The notes under the pieces: model-generated
What the model was told of the DNA's origin: nothing
Databases searched by the model: none
What the model saw: only the letters and a program-made list of their open reading frames with translations
Assembly: GCA_047967505.1 (NCBI GenBank)
Contig: CM106538.1
Length of the DNA stretch: 64,000 bases
Reading direction: 5' to 3' (one strand)
DNA from: Dipteris shenzhenensis
Lineage: Eukaryota
Shown here: piece by piece, positions 1-13,029 of the stretch
How the letters are laid out: every line of letters starts with the position of its first letter
How positions within the stretch are numbered: the stretch's first letter is position 1
Translations under genes and position numbers: made by a program

Positions 1-420
1 AGTTTAGGACAATCACATAAGTCCAAGAAAGCCTACTTAAGAAATTGATTGGTATATGACCCAAATCAGCCCAAAAATTAAACTTAAATAATTTAAATAC
101 TAATAAATGCAGTAGTGTCAATTAACCACCAGGCTGGTCATTAATTATTTCTGTTGTGGAAATTTTTTTTGTTTCAACCACGTTGGTTTAGGAAAATCAC
201 ATAACTATTGTTTGCCTGAGCCAGTTCGGCGATATAGTACATGATGTTCAAGTCACCAGGCTAGTTTAGGACAATCACATTAAGTCCAAGCTAGTAGCCA
301 GGTTTAGAAATTAATTGGTATATGATCTGAACCAGCCAAAAAAAATAAATTTAACTAATATTTAACTCTACCAGGAGACACAACGATTTCAACCATCGGG
401 CTGGTCATCCATCAGACAAT
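1..420. repeat. Degenerate dispersed repeat (TTAGGACAATCACATTAAGTCCAAG-type units), window-truncated
   Basis: The motif recurs at ~2-28 and ~263-290. Reverse-complement relatives (CTTGGACTTAATGTGATTGTC) occur at ~19779 and ~20360. Confidence 0.6.
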
Positions 421-3259
421 AACAATATATTTTTCTTTCTTTTGCTACTCAGGTGGTTGTCTACTCTAAGCTTGATTAATGACACGACTCCCTTATCCAT
501 CTTGGATCCTGTTTTGGCACCATTTCTTCTTCACTTAGCCATTTTCATCCCTCCTTTGTTTATATGCTACTGTCTCTTGCATGCATACCGTTGTGAGACT
601 TTATCCTTACTTTCGACTACTACTACACGATTAATTGCTGCCTTCACTACTACCTTTACCACCCTCTATATTTCCTTTGGCTTCATGGTTTTAGCATTAG
701 TTATGTTGTTGGCTGCTTGTTCTAGTACCATGGCTCGCGTATCTCTTTCCACTTTGAGCTCGGCCCCGATAGGGTTGCTATGTTGATAGCTCTTGCAAAA
801 GCTCTTGAGGTGTGAGCCTCCTTTCAAAAAAATACCTCGATTGGCAAGTGCTTTGATCAGGGGAATGGGGAAACTAGCGAAAACAAAATAGGGCAAAAAA
901 GGGTGAAAATTAGATAAGGAAAATTTAGGGGAAAGTAGGACGAAATACTGTATTAAGATTTCCCTGGCTATTCAAGCTTTGGATACCTTTTTTTTCAAGT
1001 GCACTCATAGAGTTGAGCCTACATTCTTCCCAAGCCGATTGGCCATGGGAAGTGTATTGGGCGTTGCAATAACACACCTCCATTACTCCATCCAAGCTTT
1101 AGTGCAAGCATGCCAATCCATTCCTCTTAGCCATTCAAACTGATAGCATACTAGTTTATTCAATTCAACTTGTCATTGGTTGTCATTAATACCCTATGGG
1201 CCATTCAAATAACCATTGCAAGAGGGTTTGATTCTGTTGTGTAATTACTAGTAGGCCTCCTACTTGACTGTTTCAATGGGGTTAAAGGGATACCTCCCCC
1301 AATAAATAATGTAATATCTGGTGCCAAAGTAGGAGATGCCACGATCTCGTGCATGTGGCGACATATATTCCTCCATCTCCTTTGTGTATTACCACCTTTT
1401 CTTGTTCTTTATATGCTCCTAAAACGTGTGGAAAATTTTCTTAATGTCCTAAATCCCTGTAATTGGGAGGGTCACAAATATTACTCCCCCCTTTTTTTGG
1501 GGGGTCCATTTACCCAAATGTCTATAGTATAATTATTCATGGTCATGGGTTTTGGTCTCACCCATAAGTACTTATACACCCATTATTGGCTGAATCCTTC
1601 CCATCCTTTCTCCAATAACCCTTGATTAATTCTCAACAATCACATCATATTTAGTAACCCAAGTATTCTCCAATACCTTCCACCAAGTAGAAATTACCGT
1701 TCCTCTCCCTTTATTCTTCAATCTAGTTATAAACCCAAGTAGAAAACGGCTTATATGCCAAAAGTGTTTTCTCCTACCCACTCCATTAGTGTTTACACAT
1801 GACACATCACTAGAAAAGTCCAACATGAAATATTCCATTGATTATTTGGTCTAGGTACATTGATTCTCCACCCACTTATGGGGATTACACCACACCACCA
1901 ATAGTGTGTATCCTCCACTCCCATCAATGCCCACTAATACAAGGCAAGAAATGCCAATGAAAGTGGCCATGTGTGTGTGTGTGTGCCTGCACGTGCTCGC
2001 ACGCACACACACGTGTGTGTGTGTGTGTGTTCCCACCGACCAGAATCCTGCACACTCCTAGTGAGGGCAATAGTCCACCCCTCACATAGGAGTGGGTCGA
2101 ACTATTGCTCCAAAGTGAAAACAATGTAAAGAATATGAGAGTAATCGCAGTACACCTATGTTGAAGGGGGACTACCTAGCCATTTCTTGATCTTTTCAAT
2201 GTTGAGGCTAGGGGATTACTAGAATTCGAGCAACTGCATTTGATCAAGGTGGAAGTTTGATCGAGGGCTCTTGTTGATTTTCATATTCTAATCCCTGTTT
2301 TGTGTTGCAAAAGTAGCATGCATTCTTGTATTTTATGTTTGATGTTTTCCCCATTAAATACTGAGTAAGCATTGCTCTTACCCTATACCTATGTGTTGAA
2401 TAGAGTGGAAAATATGATATTGTCTTTGCATATATTAGACCCTTGCCACTATAACTTTTTGCACACACATAGAGAAGATGCATTTCATATGGAATTATTA
2501 TTTTCTCTTGGATCACTTGAGGAGGAAGTACATTGAGTCTCTGGAATCCTCTCTTGAAAGGATTCACCTAGTTTAGCTCTCCACTCCACTATTCTATTAT
2601 CGCACTGTCTAGGCCAAACATGACTCATTGCTAGGGGAACATTCAAACTTTCATTCTCTTCAACCACAAAGGCAACGTTTTGCAACTGATAATTTTCAAG
2701 ATTTTAAATAAAAGGTCTAACAAAAAATCCCACAAAAAATTTCCTATCTCTAGGTGAACAACCAATAGAATTGCCATTGCTTTGGAGATAGCTAGGAATA
2801 ATAAGAACATAATTTCAAGGTGAGACATAGCTAGAGGGTGGAGAAAAGGGTTGATAGGAGGAGAGTGGAGCTATGTGAGTCGATGAACGTGAGGGTAGAG
2901 TAGTCTGAATTCGACAAAGGTGGTGGAGATGAGGGTGGGAGACGATAGAGCAGGAGACGATGGTGGAGTTGTGTGAAGTCCATGAGGGTGGTAGAGATGA
3001 TGGTAGACTAGTATGAAGTCGAAAAAGATGGTGGAGCAATGCGGAGTCAACGAGGCTACATGGAACTTAAATATCCAGTACCCACCGAGCCACCTCCACG
3101 AGCTTGTCATCCTTCTAGTTAAGCTATTTTGATCAAATTGCTAGCAATTAGCTGCCTAACCACTTCAGAAGGGGCATCATTATAAGATTTTTCCAATGTG
3201 GCTTTTCATTTTGAAGAGGGGAAAGCAAAAAAACCCCCTTTCACAGGGCAGCCAAGCAT

Positions 3260-3590
3260 GTGATTAATTGGTAGCTTGATTTTGATTAATTGAAGATGGT
3301 TCATTATTATTTGGATGGCCCCACTGGGTCTCCAGTCACCACGTAGGGATTAGATTTTGATTAATTTAAGGTTGGCTCATGATTATTTGGATGGAAGCCT
3401 CAAGTCACCATGATGGCTTGGATTTTGATTAATTTAAGTTGGCTTATTAAGATGGCATGATTATTTGGATGGCACCACCAGACCTCCAGTAACCACGCTG
3501 GCTCAGATTTTGATTAATTAATGTGTCTTATTAAGATGGCTCATGATTATTTGGATGGCACCACCAGGCTCCAATCACCACAGTGGCTCA
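3260..3590. repeat. Imperfect tandem repeat, ~70-85 bp unit, about 4 copies
   Basis: GATTTTGATTAATT...GATTATTTGGATGG...CACC recurs at ~3278, 3354, 3421 and 3506. Confidence 0.7.
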
Positions 3591-3959
3591 AGAGAGTTGC
3601 AAGCTTTGTTGATCAAATGGTCATCCCATCATGCAAGCCAGGTGGCTATAGGAGCCTAGTGGCTATTTAATTGTCTACGAGCCCGCCGATGGCTAAAAAG
3701 TAGTCACATTAAATCATCACACTTAATCCTAATCAAGCTCCGAGGGCTGCCACTTATCCTAATCAAGCTCTGAGGGCACCACTTATCCTTACCACACCAT
3801 CATTTTGCTCTCCGCTCCATCATTATTATAAGGAGAATATAAGTCTCCATTTTCGCCTATTGGTTTATGTTTTGTGATTTCTAGACAATTTCCCTTGTGA
3901 GATCATTCCCTACAATTCGAAGTAACTGATTATTCAGTTATGCTACATAGAGGCCTAAA

Positions 3960-5070
3960 GCTTTCCATTAAATCCCCAAATTCTAATATCTATAAGCATC
4001 TTCAAATGTAGTCAACATTGGAGTCTAGCAGCATGTCATCTACCTTCACTAGAGTGCTTCTATTTCAACTCCGTTCAAAATACTCATAGGGAAATCAACC
4101 TGTAAGTGGTTCTCCACTGCCTACAAGAAGCATCTTAATTTTTAACTTCAATAGATGATTTCTTTTGTAGAAAGATGATAATAAGATTTATGTAATTGTA
4201 GCTCAAAACATTAATAAGTTGGGTATATTTGAACCATTGCACATGGAGGTAAGAATTGAAATCCTTTGTCCAGTGAATATTCATTTTGGACTTTATCTAG
4301 AGACCTTTAAGCTAAAGATCTTCTGCATGTGGTTTACAGACACCACAACAAACAGATGCACATTTTTGCAGGTGGAGCGTTCTCATCAATACTAAGTATA
4401 TTTTTTGTAGTTATTTCAAAGAGAGTGCACCATCACCTATAAGTACCATTAGCTTTCCATTCATGTATATAAAATTGACATTAGGAAACTTAAATTTTGT
4501 TTCTATTTGTGTAGATGATCGAGGATAGTTATGATGCACAATATGACTTTAGAGCAAGGATGATCATGGAGCTCCTTCAATATGCTTCCTCTATACCAAA
4601 AGTAAAAAGTATGGAGGCAAAAAGATCAAAGACCATAGGGGAGGACAAAAGATCAAAGACAATGGGAGACACCATGCCAAAGCAAGTTGAGGAGCCTCAT
4701 GTACATGTACTAGACCCTTAGCCTCCACTTGAGGAGCCATAGCAGATTGAGGAGCTAGAGAAGGTTGAGGAGCCTCATGTACAAGTGCCAGACCCTGAAC
4801 CAAATCCTCAACATTAGGATTATCAGCTTCCATGTCAATATGTTGAGCTTGGATCTAAGAACCCCACATAGGATCAGCAATTTACCCAAGATGCGTGACA
4901 GGGTTAGCCATTGTCTTTGCAGCACATTTCATCTCATGACTCTCCTTAAGATGATCCTATGACTGAGGGCCAACCTCAAATATGAGTTTAGCATTAGACT
5001 AGATGGCACATTATTCTTCCCTTGAGGGATGATTTTGGATTATAACAGAAGGTAACTTTGTTTGATAGTC
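3960..5070 (+). pseudogene. Highly degenerate spliced gene remnant, possibly a transposon-borne Ulp1-like protease fragment
   Basis: Several AG/GT-bounded exon-like pieces (e.g. ttgtgtAG at 4514 opening MIEDSYDAQYDFRARMIMELLQY) and an ILCPVNIHFGL segment at ~4260. Family assignment is tentative. Confidence 0.2.
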
Positions 5071-5118
5071 TAATGCATATATGATAAAGGAAAATGCTTT
5101 AGAAATGGCCTTTTTTTT

Positions 5119-5121
<3 letters not shown>

Positions 5122-5184
<63 letters not shown>

Positions 5185-5196
5185 GAGATAAAAAGT

Positions 5197-5248
<52 letters not shown>
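5122..5248. repeat. (GA)n microsatellite, interrupted
   Basis: Direct reading of the sequence. Confidence 0.95.
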
Positions 5249-5251
<3 letters not shown>

Positions 5252-6815
5252 GACTCATGAATATGGAAATATATTTAAAAAGCATGTACAATGCTGAGAT
5301 TACAATCAAAGAGTGATTTAAACCAATCCATATATTAACAAAATCAGTGTACAGGTACCAGTGGGATCTTTGCTATTGTTGCTCTTCATTAGAGTTTACA
5401 AAGAATGAGCAATCCATTGTGTCCGACTCTCACCTTGCATCCAAGTAGTGATAGTGACTGTTTGACAAATTCCCCCAAATTATCTTCTCTCTAAGGACAC
5501 CCATAGCATCAAATGTTGCCTCAAGGGCTGCCTAAAAAGAAGTAGCTGATTACCACAGAGAATCAACATTCTATTTGAATTTCAAAATAGAGTAAAAAGA
5601 CAATAATTCTCTATCTTTTATATGTACGAAATCGTCAGTCTTGAGTACCTGTAATTATCAAATTTGATTTATCTCAATAATCCCATTATGGACTCTCTCT
5701 GCATTGAATTGTACTTTCTCTCCTTCGAAGAAACTATTTACAAGAGGTGTTAACAAATCACTAGAGTTAATTAATCAAACATAAATATTAAATTAAATAA
5801 ATGCTCCAAAGTTTATCTTCTTCTTGTTGAGCACGAATACAAACCCTGCTAAAACACACCCTTTAGTCTCCCTATAAATGTCACAACACAATTGTGCGAG
5901 TGTACATTTCCCAGCTGCATTCACCCAATCATTTCCTCCATGGATCAAGAAGCTTAGAGAGAAATTTAGAATGGTTAATGCAAATAGGAAACTTGCATAG
6001 CATAATCCTTGCCATGAGGGCGTGCGACTTGAAATCCCCAAAACACTTTAGCATTGAATTAGGCTCCTAGCAATGATCACCCAAGGATGATTTGAATGGA
6101 ATTTAGTATCACATCGATTTTCATCATTTGCTAAGTTATATGGAGAAGAGCTTTAGAGGGTATAAGCACGTTTACATGCTACACTTTTTATGGTGGTTAG
6201 CATGTACCAAAATACCATATCTTGCTAGCATATAAGAACATATGAGGTTTGTATGTTGCAATTCAAATATTTGTTCTTCCTTTACTTTGAATTCACAATG
6301 GGAAAAGTGACTAGACATAGTTCTCATGAAAAGGTGTGCTAAGGGCTTGGCTTCTTATGCATTCATATTTGCATTTGAGATTGGTCTAAAGTAGATTTTG
6401 AGGAGCATTTCAGAGCTATTATGGATTCTATTTCAAAACAATTATGGGGTTATGAAGATAGTGGTGGTCACAAGCAAGAAATAGAAGTAGGAAAGACAAT
6501 ATCGAGGAGGAGCATAGGGGAGACAATGTTGGGGGTAGAGCCCAAGCAATGTCAGCATGCAAAATGTGTTAGGGAAAAGAAAGCAAAGGATAGTGTCTCT
6601 CCACCTGACACCACCCCACAGTACCAGGGGGAGAAAAAGGTGCACTGGCTCGAGCAAAGAAGCTCCGAGATATAGCCTCAAAGAGCTCACTCTAGCATTC
6701 CACCATAACGATAAAATATGAATTTGATTAACAACAAGACCTCTCCACTCAAGTTGGACAAGCAATTAGTGAGGTCTCCTTAAGGAAAGGGAAGGAGCTT
6801 TCAGAGCTTTGGTAG

Positions 6816-6819
<4 letters not shown>

Positions 6820-6854
<35 letters not shown>

Positions 6855-6896
6855 GTCTCTCTCTCTGTCTCTCTGTCTCTCTGTCTCTCTCTCTCA
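6820..6896. repeat. (CT)n/(CTGT) compound microsatellite
   Basis: Direct reading of the sequence. Confidence 0.95.
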
Positions 6897-8739
6897 AATG
6901 CAGGAGAGGGAATCCTACCATCTCTTTTGCTAATTTCTCTTGTTGTTGTATGTAGGTCAGTGGAAAACTTCCAAGGTGGTTTATCCATAGCATGTTTGAA
7001 TTCATTACATAATATGATCTCACCATGGAAGGTTTTGATCCTAACTTATTGAGGTGGGACAAGTTGACTAACTGTGAGTTGTAAGCATTTTTAGACATGC
7101 CAAGCATCCCAATCAGTAACACATCAAATGTAACAGTGTCCGTAGTGCTTTCAACAAAGCTAATGTTGTGTCATCACAAATTTAACTAGACTGTACCATC
7201 GCACAAACATGGAGAGCACTGCAACATTTGCAAAGGGATATGTGAAGGAGTTTGGCCTTGAGACTAGGTCAACCATGTCTTTCAATTGGCAAGGGTATTA
7301 TATTAAGAGGGGTACTATATGATGCCCATATCATGAAATGGAGGATGCGTAGTGGGGCCTTGCCAAGACCAAAATACTTTGAGGACTTGGGTGATGAGGA
7401 ATCTGTACCACGTGGTGGCATGGTTAGCACCACAGCAAAGACTATGAAAGCCACACTTCTCTTGTAGCAAAAGCATCATGAGTTCAAGAAAAAAGGCTAT
7501 AGGAATTGGTCATAGCACAATGTTGTAGATCCTAATAACATGGAGAGAATGAAGGCAAGGCCCAATTGTCACACTTCTAGAGGCTAAAAGAAGCAAGGGG
7601 AGAGCAAGGGTCAAATTACTATTGTACCAACTAACATTAATAGAGGCAATTGGTCTTCAAGGTAGTCAATGACACCATGAAATCTACTCTCGAAACTCTT
7701 GTGGCTTCGAAAATAGAAAATATTTAGAAAGGATGTCAATGGTACCATGCTTTATGTTAATCTAGTTCTTGGGGGGGTCACTCACAAATATGTAAGCATA
7801 GCACGTGGGTTCAATAAAAGGAAATTTCAAAATCCTTTTTTGCACACTTTTTACATACAAAAGGGTACCATTTAAAGGAGGTACAAATAGATTGAATAGA
7901 AAAAGGGTGTGTATTTCATGAAAAATTCACAAATAAGGGACTTTTAAATTAGGCCTTGAATGCACGTGATATAGAGGATATACATATAGTGCACCCTCGA
8001 GCTCTAGTTAGCATAATAAGAGAACCTTATGTTTTAAAGTAGATGCACAAGTAATGTTGTTGTCTCCTTTCATTTCTGGATTGAAGTGAAGTTGAAAGGG
8101 CAGTAAAGTTTAGGTACATGAACATTAATTTCAATTGGTGTTGTAAATGAAGAGCAAGATCCAATCATTAGACCCAAGCATTGCCACCTCCTTGTGTCAT
8201 ATTTTGACTATAGGACATTTAATTGCACCATCTGTAGGAGAAGACATGATGCGGGAGAAAGAATCCTTTATTAGAAGGGTTATGCTATAGCAAATGCTTT
8301 GGTTGTGGCTTGTCACTTGAGGTTGATTATCTTGTTGCCATGGTCATGTTGGCATGTAGGCACATGTATAACCTCCTATGCATTTTGGAACTATGTGCTC
8401 ACAAGAGACTAGATGTAGGGTCCCTCTAGCTAGTTGTTTAAGGACGGTGGACAAACCAATCTCATTAACTATGGAGTGTTTGCTATTTTCATGTTTCCTA
8501 ACTAGACCTTTGATATACTAAATAGTGTTCCCACTTGATATATAACAATGTTGGCTTTGGTAATTAGCACTCTCTAGTATGCTAGCCAACACCCTAGTAG
8601 GCATATAGCTACATTATGTAGACTAGCATTGTAGTTTCTTTCTTTTATGGTAACTAGATTGTAAGTTTGTTACAAAGTTTTGTAATACACTATCTAGAAC
8701 TCTTACCACTATAGTATGTTAGCTAGGTCAGTGTTTGCT

Positions 8740-9240
8740 TGGGTGTAGCCATTTGCTGACTGTAACTTATGCATTGCTTAAGGGAATTTGACATACTTTG
8801 TCTTTAAGTCGTAGTACACATTCCAATCTAGAGCATGAGACCCAAAACAAGTGGAATAAAGATTTGGAATAAGACCATTAAAGCATGACAAGTGCTATGT
8901 AACATGTGAATGATGCATCTTGAAGAGTATAGGATACAACAATTTAATAAAGAAACATCAAAATTTTGTTCTACACATACATGCAACCAAGTAATCATCC
9001 AAAAGTGCACTATGTGAGCTTATCCTCAACCAAAGGACACACCTAATTGAGAATATTAGATGTGGTTTAAGAGGCCTCCAATGTTATGCTAAAATTATGC
9101 ACACCTATTCAAGGGCACTCTCCATAACTTTTTCTTGTTTTGTTGAAAACCAAAACCAAATAGAAATATGGAAGCGAGACTAGTGGGGACTACTGCATGG
9201 TGGTCTTAAAACATTGACAGTTGGTGAAATTGTTATCTAG
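8740..9240 (+). repeat. Dispersed repeat, inverted copy at ~20470-20985
   Basis: GTAGTACACATTCCAATC...AATAAAGATTTGGAAT...GATGCATCTTGAAGAGTATAGGAT...AAAACCAA...GGGACTA matches the reverse complement of ~20470-20920. Similarity fades outward. Confidence 0.75.
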
Positions 9241-9454
9241 ATTCCCCCTAGAATGGAAGAATTTGAAAATGGGCAATTTGTGCATATTAGGGATTGGCTG
9301 GGGAATTAAATTGGTGGGAATTAAAAACTATTAACATTTTAGTTGAATAAAATTCTCTATAAAATTTGATAATTTAATTCGGATGACTGGTAATGCCATA
9401 CCCTTGGGTAGTTTGAGTTTCATAAGGTACTACAAGCTGGTACTTTAAGCTGGT

Positions 9455-10265
9455 AATGCCTGACCATGCAAACCATATCTGATGGGCATGATACTTTGCA
9501 CACACCTTAAGTTAGGTGACATACAGATGCATGCAAAGTGTTATTCCCATCAAAGACTCACACATTTGAACAATGCACCCAAACGTGTGGTTTTTTCCCT
9601 GGTGCATGATGGGTGGTGAAAAACATGATATAATATGTTACCGACCATGCAAACTATATCTGATGGTCACCATACTTTGCATGAATCTTAGGATAAGTGA
9701 CATGGAGACGTGTGCAAAGTATCATTCTCATCAAAGACTTTCGCGTTAAAATAAGCAACCTTGAACTGTGTTTTTTGACCGTTGTGCATGATGGGTGGTG
9801 AAAAACATGGTATAATACGTCCCCGGCCATGTAAACCATATCTAATGGGCACGATACTTTTCATGGTCCTTAAGGTATGTGACATGGAGGCATGTGCAAA
9901 GTATCATGATTATCAAATATTTTCACATTTGAATAATGCACTCCAAAGTGTGTTTTTTTACTCTTATGCAAGATGAGTGGGAAAAACATGGTTTAATGCA
10001 TCCTTGACCATGCAAATGATATTCTATGGGCATGATACTTTGCATTGTCTTTAAAATGGGTGCTATTTTGTGGCATGTGAAAAGTATCGTGTGCATCATA
10101 GACTTGCATGTTCGAATATTGAAACAAAGCATGTTTTGAGATCCTAGTGCATGATGGATGGTGGAAAACATGGTATAATATGTCCCCTAACCATGCAAAC
10201 CATATCTGATGTGCATGAAATTTTGTACAAGCCTTAATTTCAATGACATGAAGGTGCATGAAAAG
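9455..10265. repeat. ~181-bp tandem repeat, ~4.5 diverged copies
   Basis: The anchor (A/G)CCATG(C/T)AAA..ATA..CT occurs at 9463, 9644, 9826, 10007 and 10190 (spacing 181-183 bp). Confidence 0.85.
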
Positions 10266-11016
10266 TATCGCTTTTATCGCTTATACCATAGAGCAAGTCA
10301 CCTATCAAGATTCTAAAATAATTGAAAGAAGATGGGGCATCAAAATTAAAAACAAAGGGGGGATCCCACACCCTTACAAGAGATGGTTGAATTCTTTTTT
10401 TGAAAAAAAGAAAATAAAGGGAGGTATTCCACACCCAAATAACTGAGATAAAATTATTGTTTGTTAATGGAACTTATTGTAAAATGAGGGATAGTCCACA
10501 CCCATAATAAATAGTACCACAGGGGGTATTCCACACCCATGATTAACATTTTTTAGTAGAGTTGAAAATGAAAGAATATTAGGGACTTTGAGAAAAGAGG
10601 GGATGAACTTTCTTTGGAAATTAAATTCATGGGGGGTCTTCCACATCCATGTTCTATACATATGAGAAAAAAGAAGTGAAACCATAGAAAGATAAAGTGA
10701 ATAATTTCAATGAAGCATATAAATTAATAGAAGATAATGCAATTAAATTAATAAATTCCTTTGAAACAAGCGATTAAAAAAAAACTTTGAACATTAAATG
10801 CAAAAAATTCTCCATTTATCATATTTAACAAGTATAGTTATAAAAAGTGGACATAAGTTAAATTAAAATAGTTACAAATTAAAAAGGTAAGTAAATGTCA
10901 ATCACTACAAGGCATAGGCCCTTTTCTGATGAAAATACCGATGCTTTTTACATTAATTTTTTTTTAAACGGGCACAAACGTCGTTATTAAAGTCGTTAAA
11001 AGTGTTAAAAAAGAAC

Positions 11017-11100
11017 CGTCGCTATAAAGCGTCGCTATATAGCAACGCTGATAATCATCGCTATATAGCGACACTGGTAAATGTCGCTTTATAGCGACAA
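11017..11100. repeat. CACTA left subterminal repeats (GTCGCTATATAGCGAC variants)
   Basis: About four variants of the palindromic motif, ~115 bp inside the CACTA terminus. Confidence 0.85.
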
Positions 11101-11406
11101 TTAATAGAACTAAAAAAAAAGCATAAGTGGGGCTAAACAGGGCCATAACAAGCCCTGTTTTGCCCCACTAATGCTTTTTTTATTTTGTAATTACAAAAAA
11201 AAAGTTTTTTATTACAAAATTTCCCTTGTGAAAAGGGTGATACAAAATCGCTCAAATGAAATGATCGAACAACAAAAGCATATACATGTCGAACATATAC
11301 AACATTGTTTGTTACAAAATTACCCTTTCAAAAGGGTGATACAAAATTGCTCAAATGAGCGGATATACAAAATGACATACATGGCGAAGTATATGCAAAC
11401 TGCTAC

Positions 11407-11430
<24 letters not shown>

Positions 11431-11438
<8 letters not shown>

Positions 11439-12993
11439 TTGAATCATCCTCATCCTCATCGTCGTCTTGTTGGCCTGATCCTTGGCCCTCGTGAGCTGCG
11501 CCTTCTCCCTGATCCTCATCACGTGCGTCTGATCCCTGGCCCTGGTGATCGCTCGCCTCTGGTGATGGGACGCTTGAGCTTTGACCCTAAGAGTGAACCA
11601 TATAAATTGAAAATTAGATTGGAACTCAAAGAATAAAACAATTTAAAAAGTGATATTACAAGTAGGAGTAGACTTATACCGTGCGAGCAACCACCTCAGC
11701 CCAATCGACTGTCGCTCCCATTGCCTCTTGCTCAATAAACCACGGCCTTGTTCCCATGCAAAATGCGCATCGCGTCTCTGCATCTATAGGAAGATGACCC
11801 ATCGTAGCTTGTTGTGGATCCAATTTACGAGAGTTAGAGTTAGCTAAAGTGCATGTAATATGTAGTAAAACAAATAGAACAATACATTAAATGAGAAGAA
11901 GTAGACTTACCACGGTTGCCTCGAATGCCAACCGTCCGCCTGCACCAAAGTGCGAAGTACCTACGATGTCCAGCCATCTCTTCGCAGCCCTCCTCTGACC
12001 CTCGAACATTTCGGGATGGTCCCTATTATGCTTCTTGAAGAACTTCCAATCAGCTTTGTCTGCCCAGCTGGGTTTAGCCAACCCCTTTATGATGGAAGTA
12101 TGCAAGGTTGATCTACGATGTTTCAAGACCAAACCCATGCACTCTCGCATATAATTCTCATTAAACTCCCAATTTGGCGGGTTAGGGTATTTTTGTTTTA
12201 ATTCATCGATGACCGCTTGCTTCTTTTGGTCATCTTGATACCGCCAATCGGTAGCAATGCCGCTCTTGAAGTGATGGCTCATCAACCGCCTCATGGTGGC
12301 CATCACTGCTTTGCCCTTTCTATCTTCTATTATCTCTCCAGCAGGCGTGATTTGATAGGAGAGATCCTCTGATGAGTAAGGAGGACTGATGGTAGCAGAG
12401 TCAGAAGGAGTGGATGCTGTGCGAGCGCTTTTGGAGTGAGGAGTAGCAGTGGGAGTAGGAGAGGGCAAGGGACTTGACTGATACTGTGTCTCCGGACCAA
12501 GTGGAGACCTGTAGGGATGTGAGTGTGCTGACTCATCTACATCTCTCGAGTTAGCACACCATAAGCGGCCCCTCCTACTCTTGCTTCCCTTACGAGAGGC
12601 ACGCGTAGGTGATGACCCCTCGGTTGAAGGGGCACGAGGGGACGGCTGGGCAGTAGGTCCAGCCGTCGGTGTAGGGGAGGGAATTGCTGAGGTCCTCTGA
12701 GATAGCAGAGAGAAGAATCTCGTTGCCTCCTCATCACTCATCTATGCTACAAACTCGTCGGGACTCCCAACAAAGCCATGCACAGCTAGCAAAGGAGTTC
12801 CTTGAGGGGTAGTCGCAGTGCTATGTCCGAGAGGAGTCAGACTAGGGGTAGTTGCAGTGCTAGGTCCGGGAGGAGTCGGACCAGTCCCCTCAGGTGTCAC
12901 CTGAAAGGAATTAAAGTCCTCTGGAGCATATAGATCGTGATGTCTCCTCCTGCGAGGCTGTCCGTACTCGTCAGACGTGCGACGTGATCCCAT
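11431..12993 (-). pseudogene. CACTA TnpA/Ptta-like (Transposase_24-like) gene, 3 coding exons (~12993-11911, ~11843-11680, 11586-11431), premature TAG at 12742-12744
   Basis: ORFs 12742..13029 and 11887..12741 are one frame split by a single TAG. Pro/Ser-rich N-terminus followed by W..QDD..K..VIDEL...KPSW....WK.F...SHFGAGG, resembling Ptta/En-Spm. GT-AG sites at 11910, 11679 and 11587; acidic tail. The frame of the middle exon is uncertain. Confidence 0.7.
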
Positions 12994-13029
12994 GTCTAAC
13001 ATAGACACAAACACGAAAACAAAAAACAA

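Noticed and set aside
5300-8400. Scattered coding-like fragments (possible MULE/SWIM remnant)
   Set aside because: Too degenerate to assign a family or boundaries by eye.
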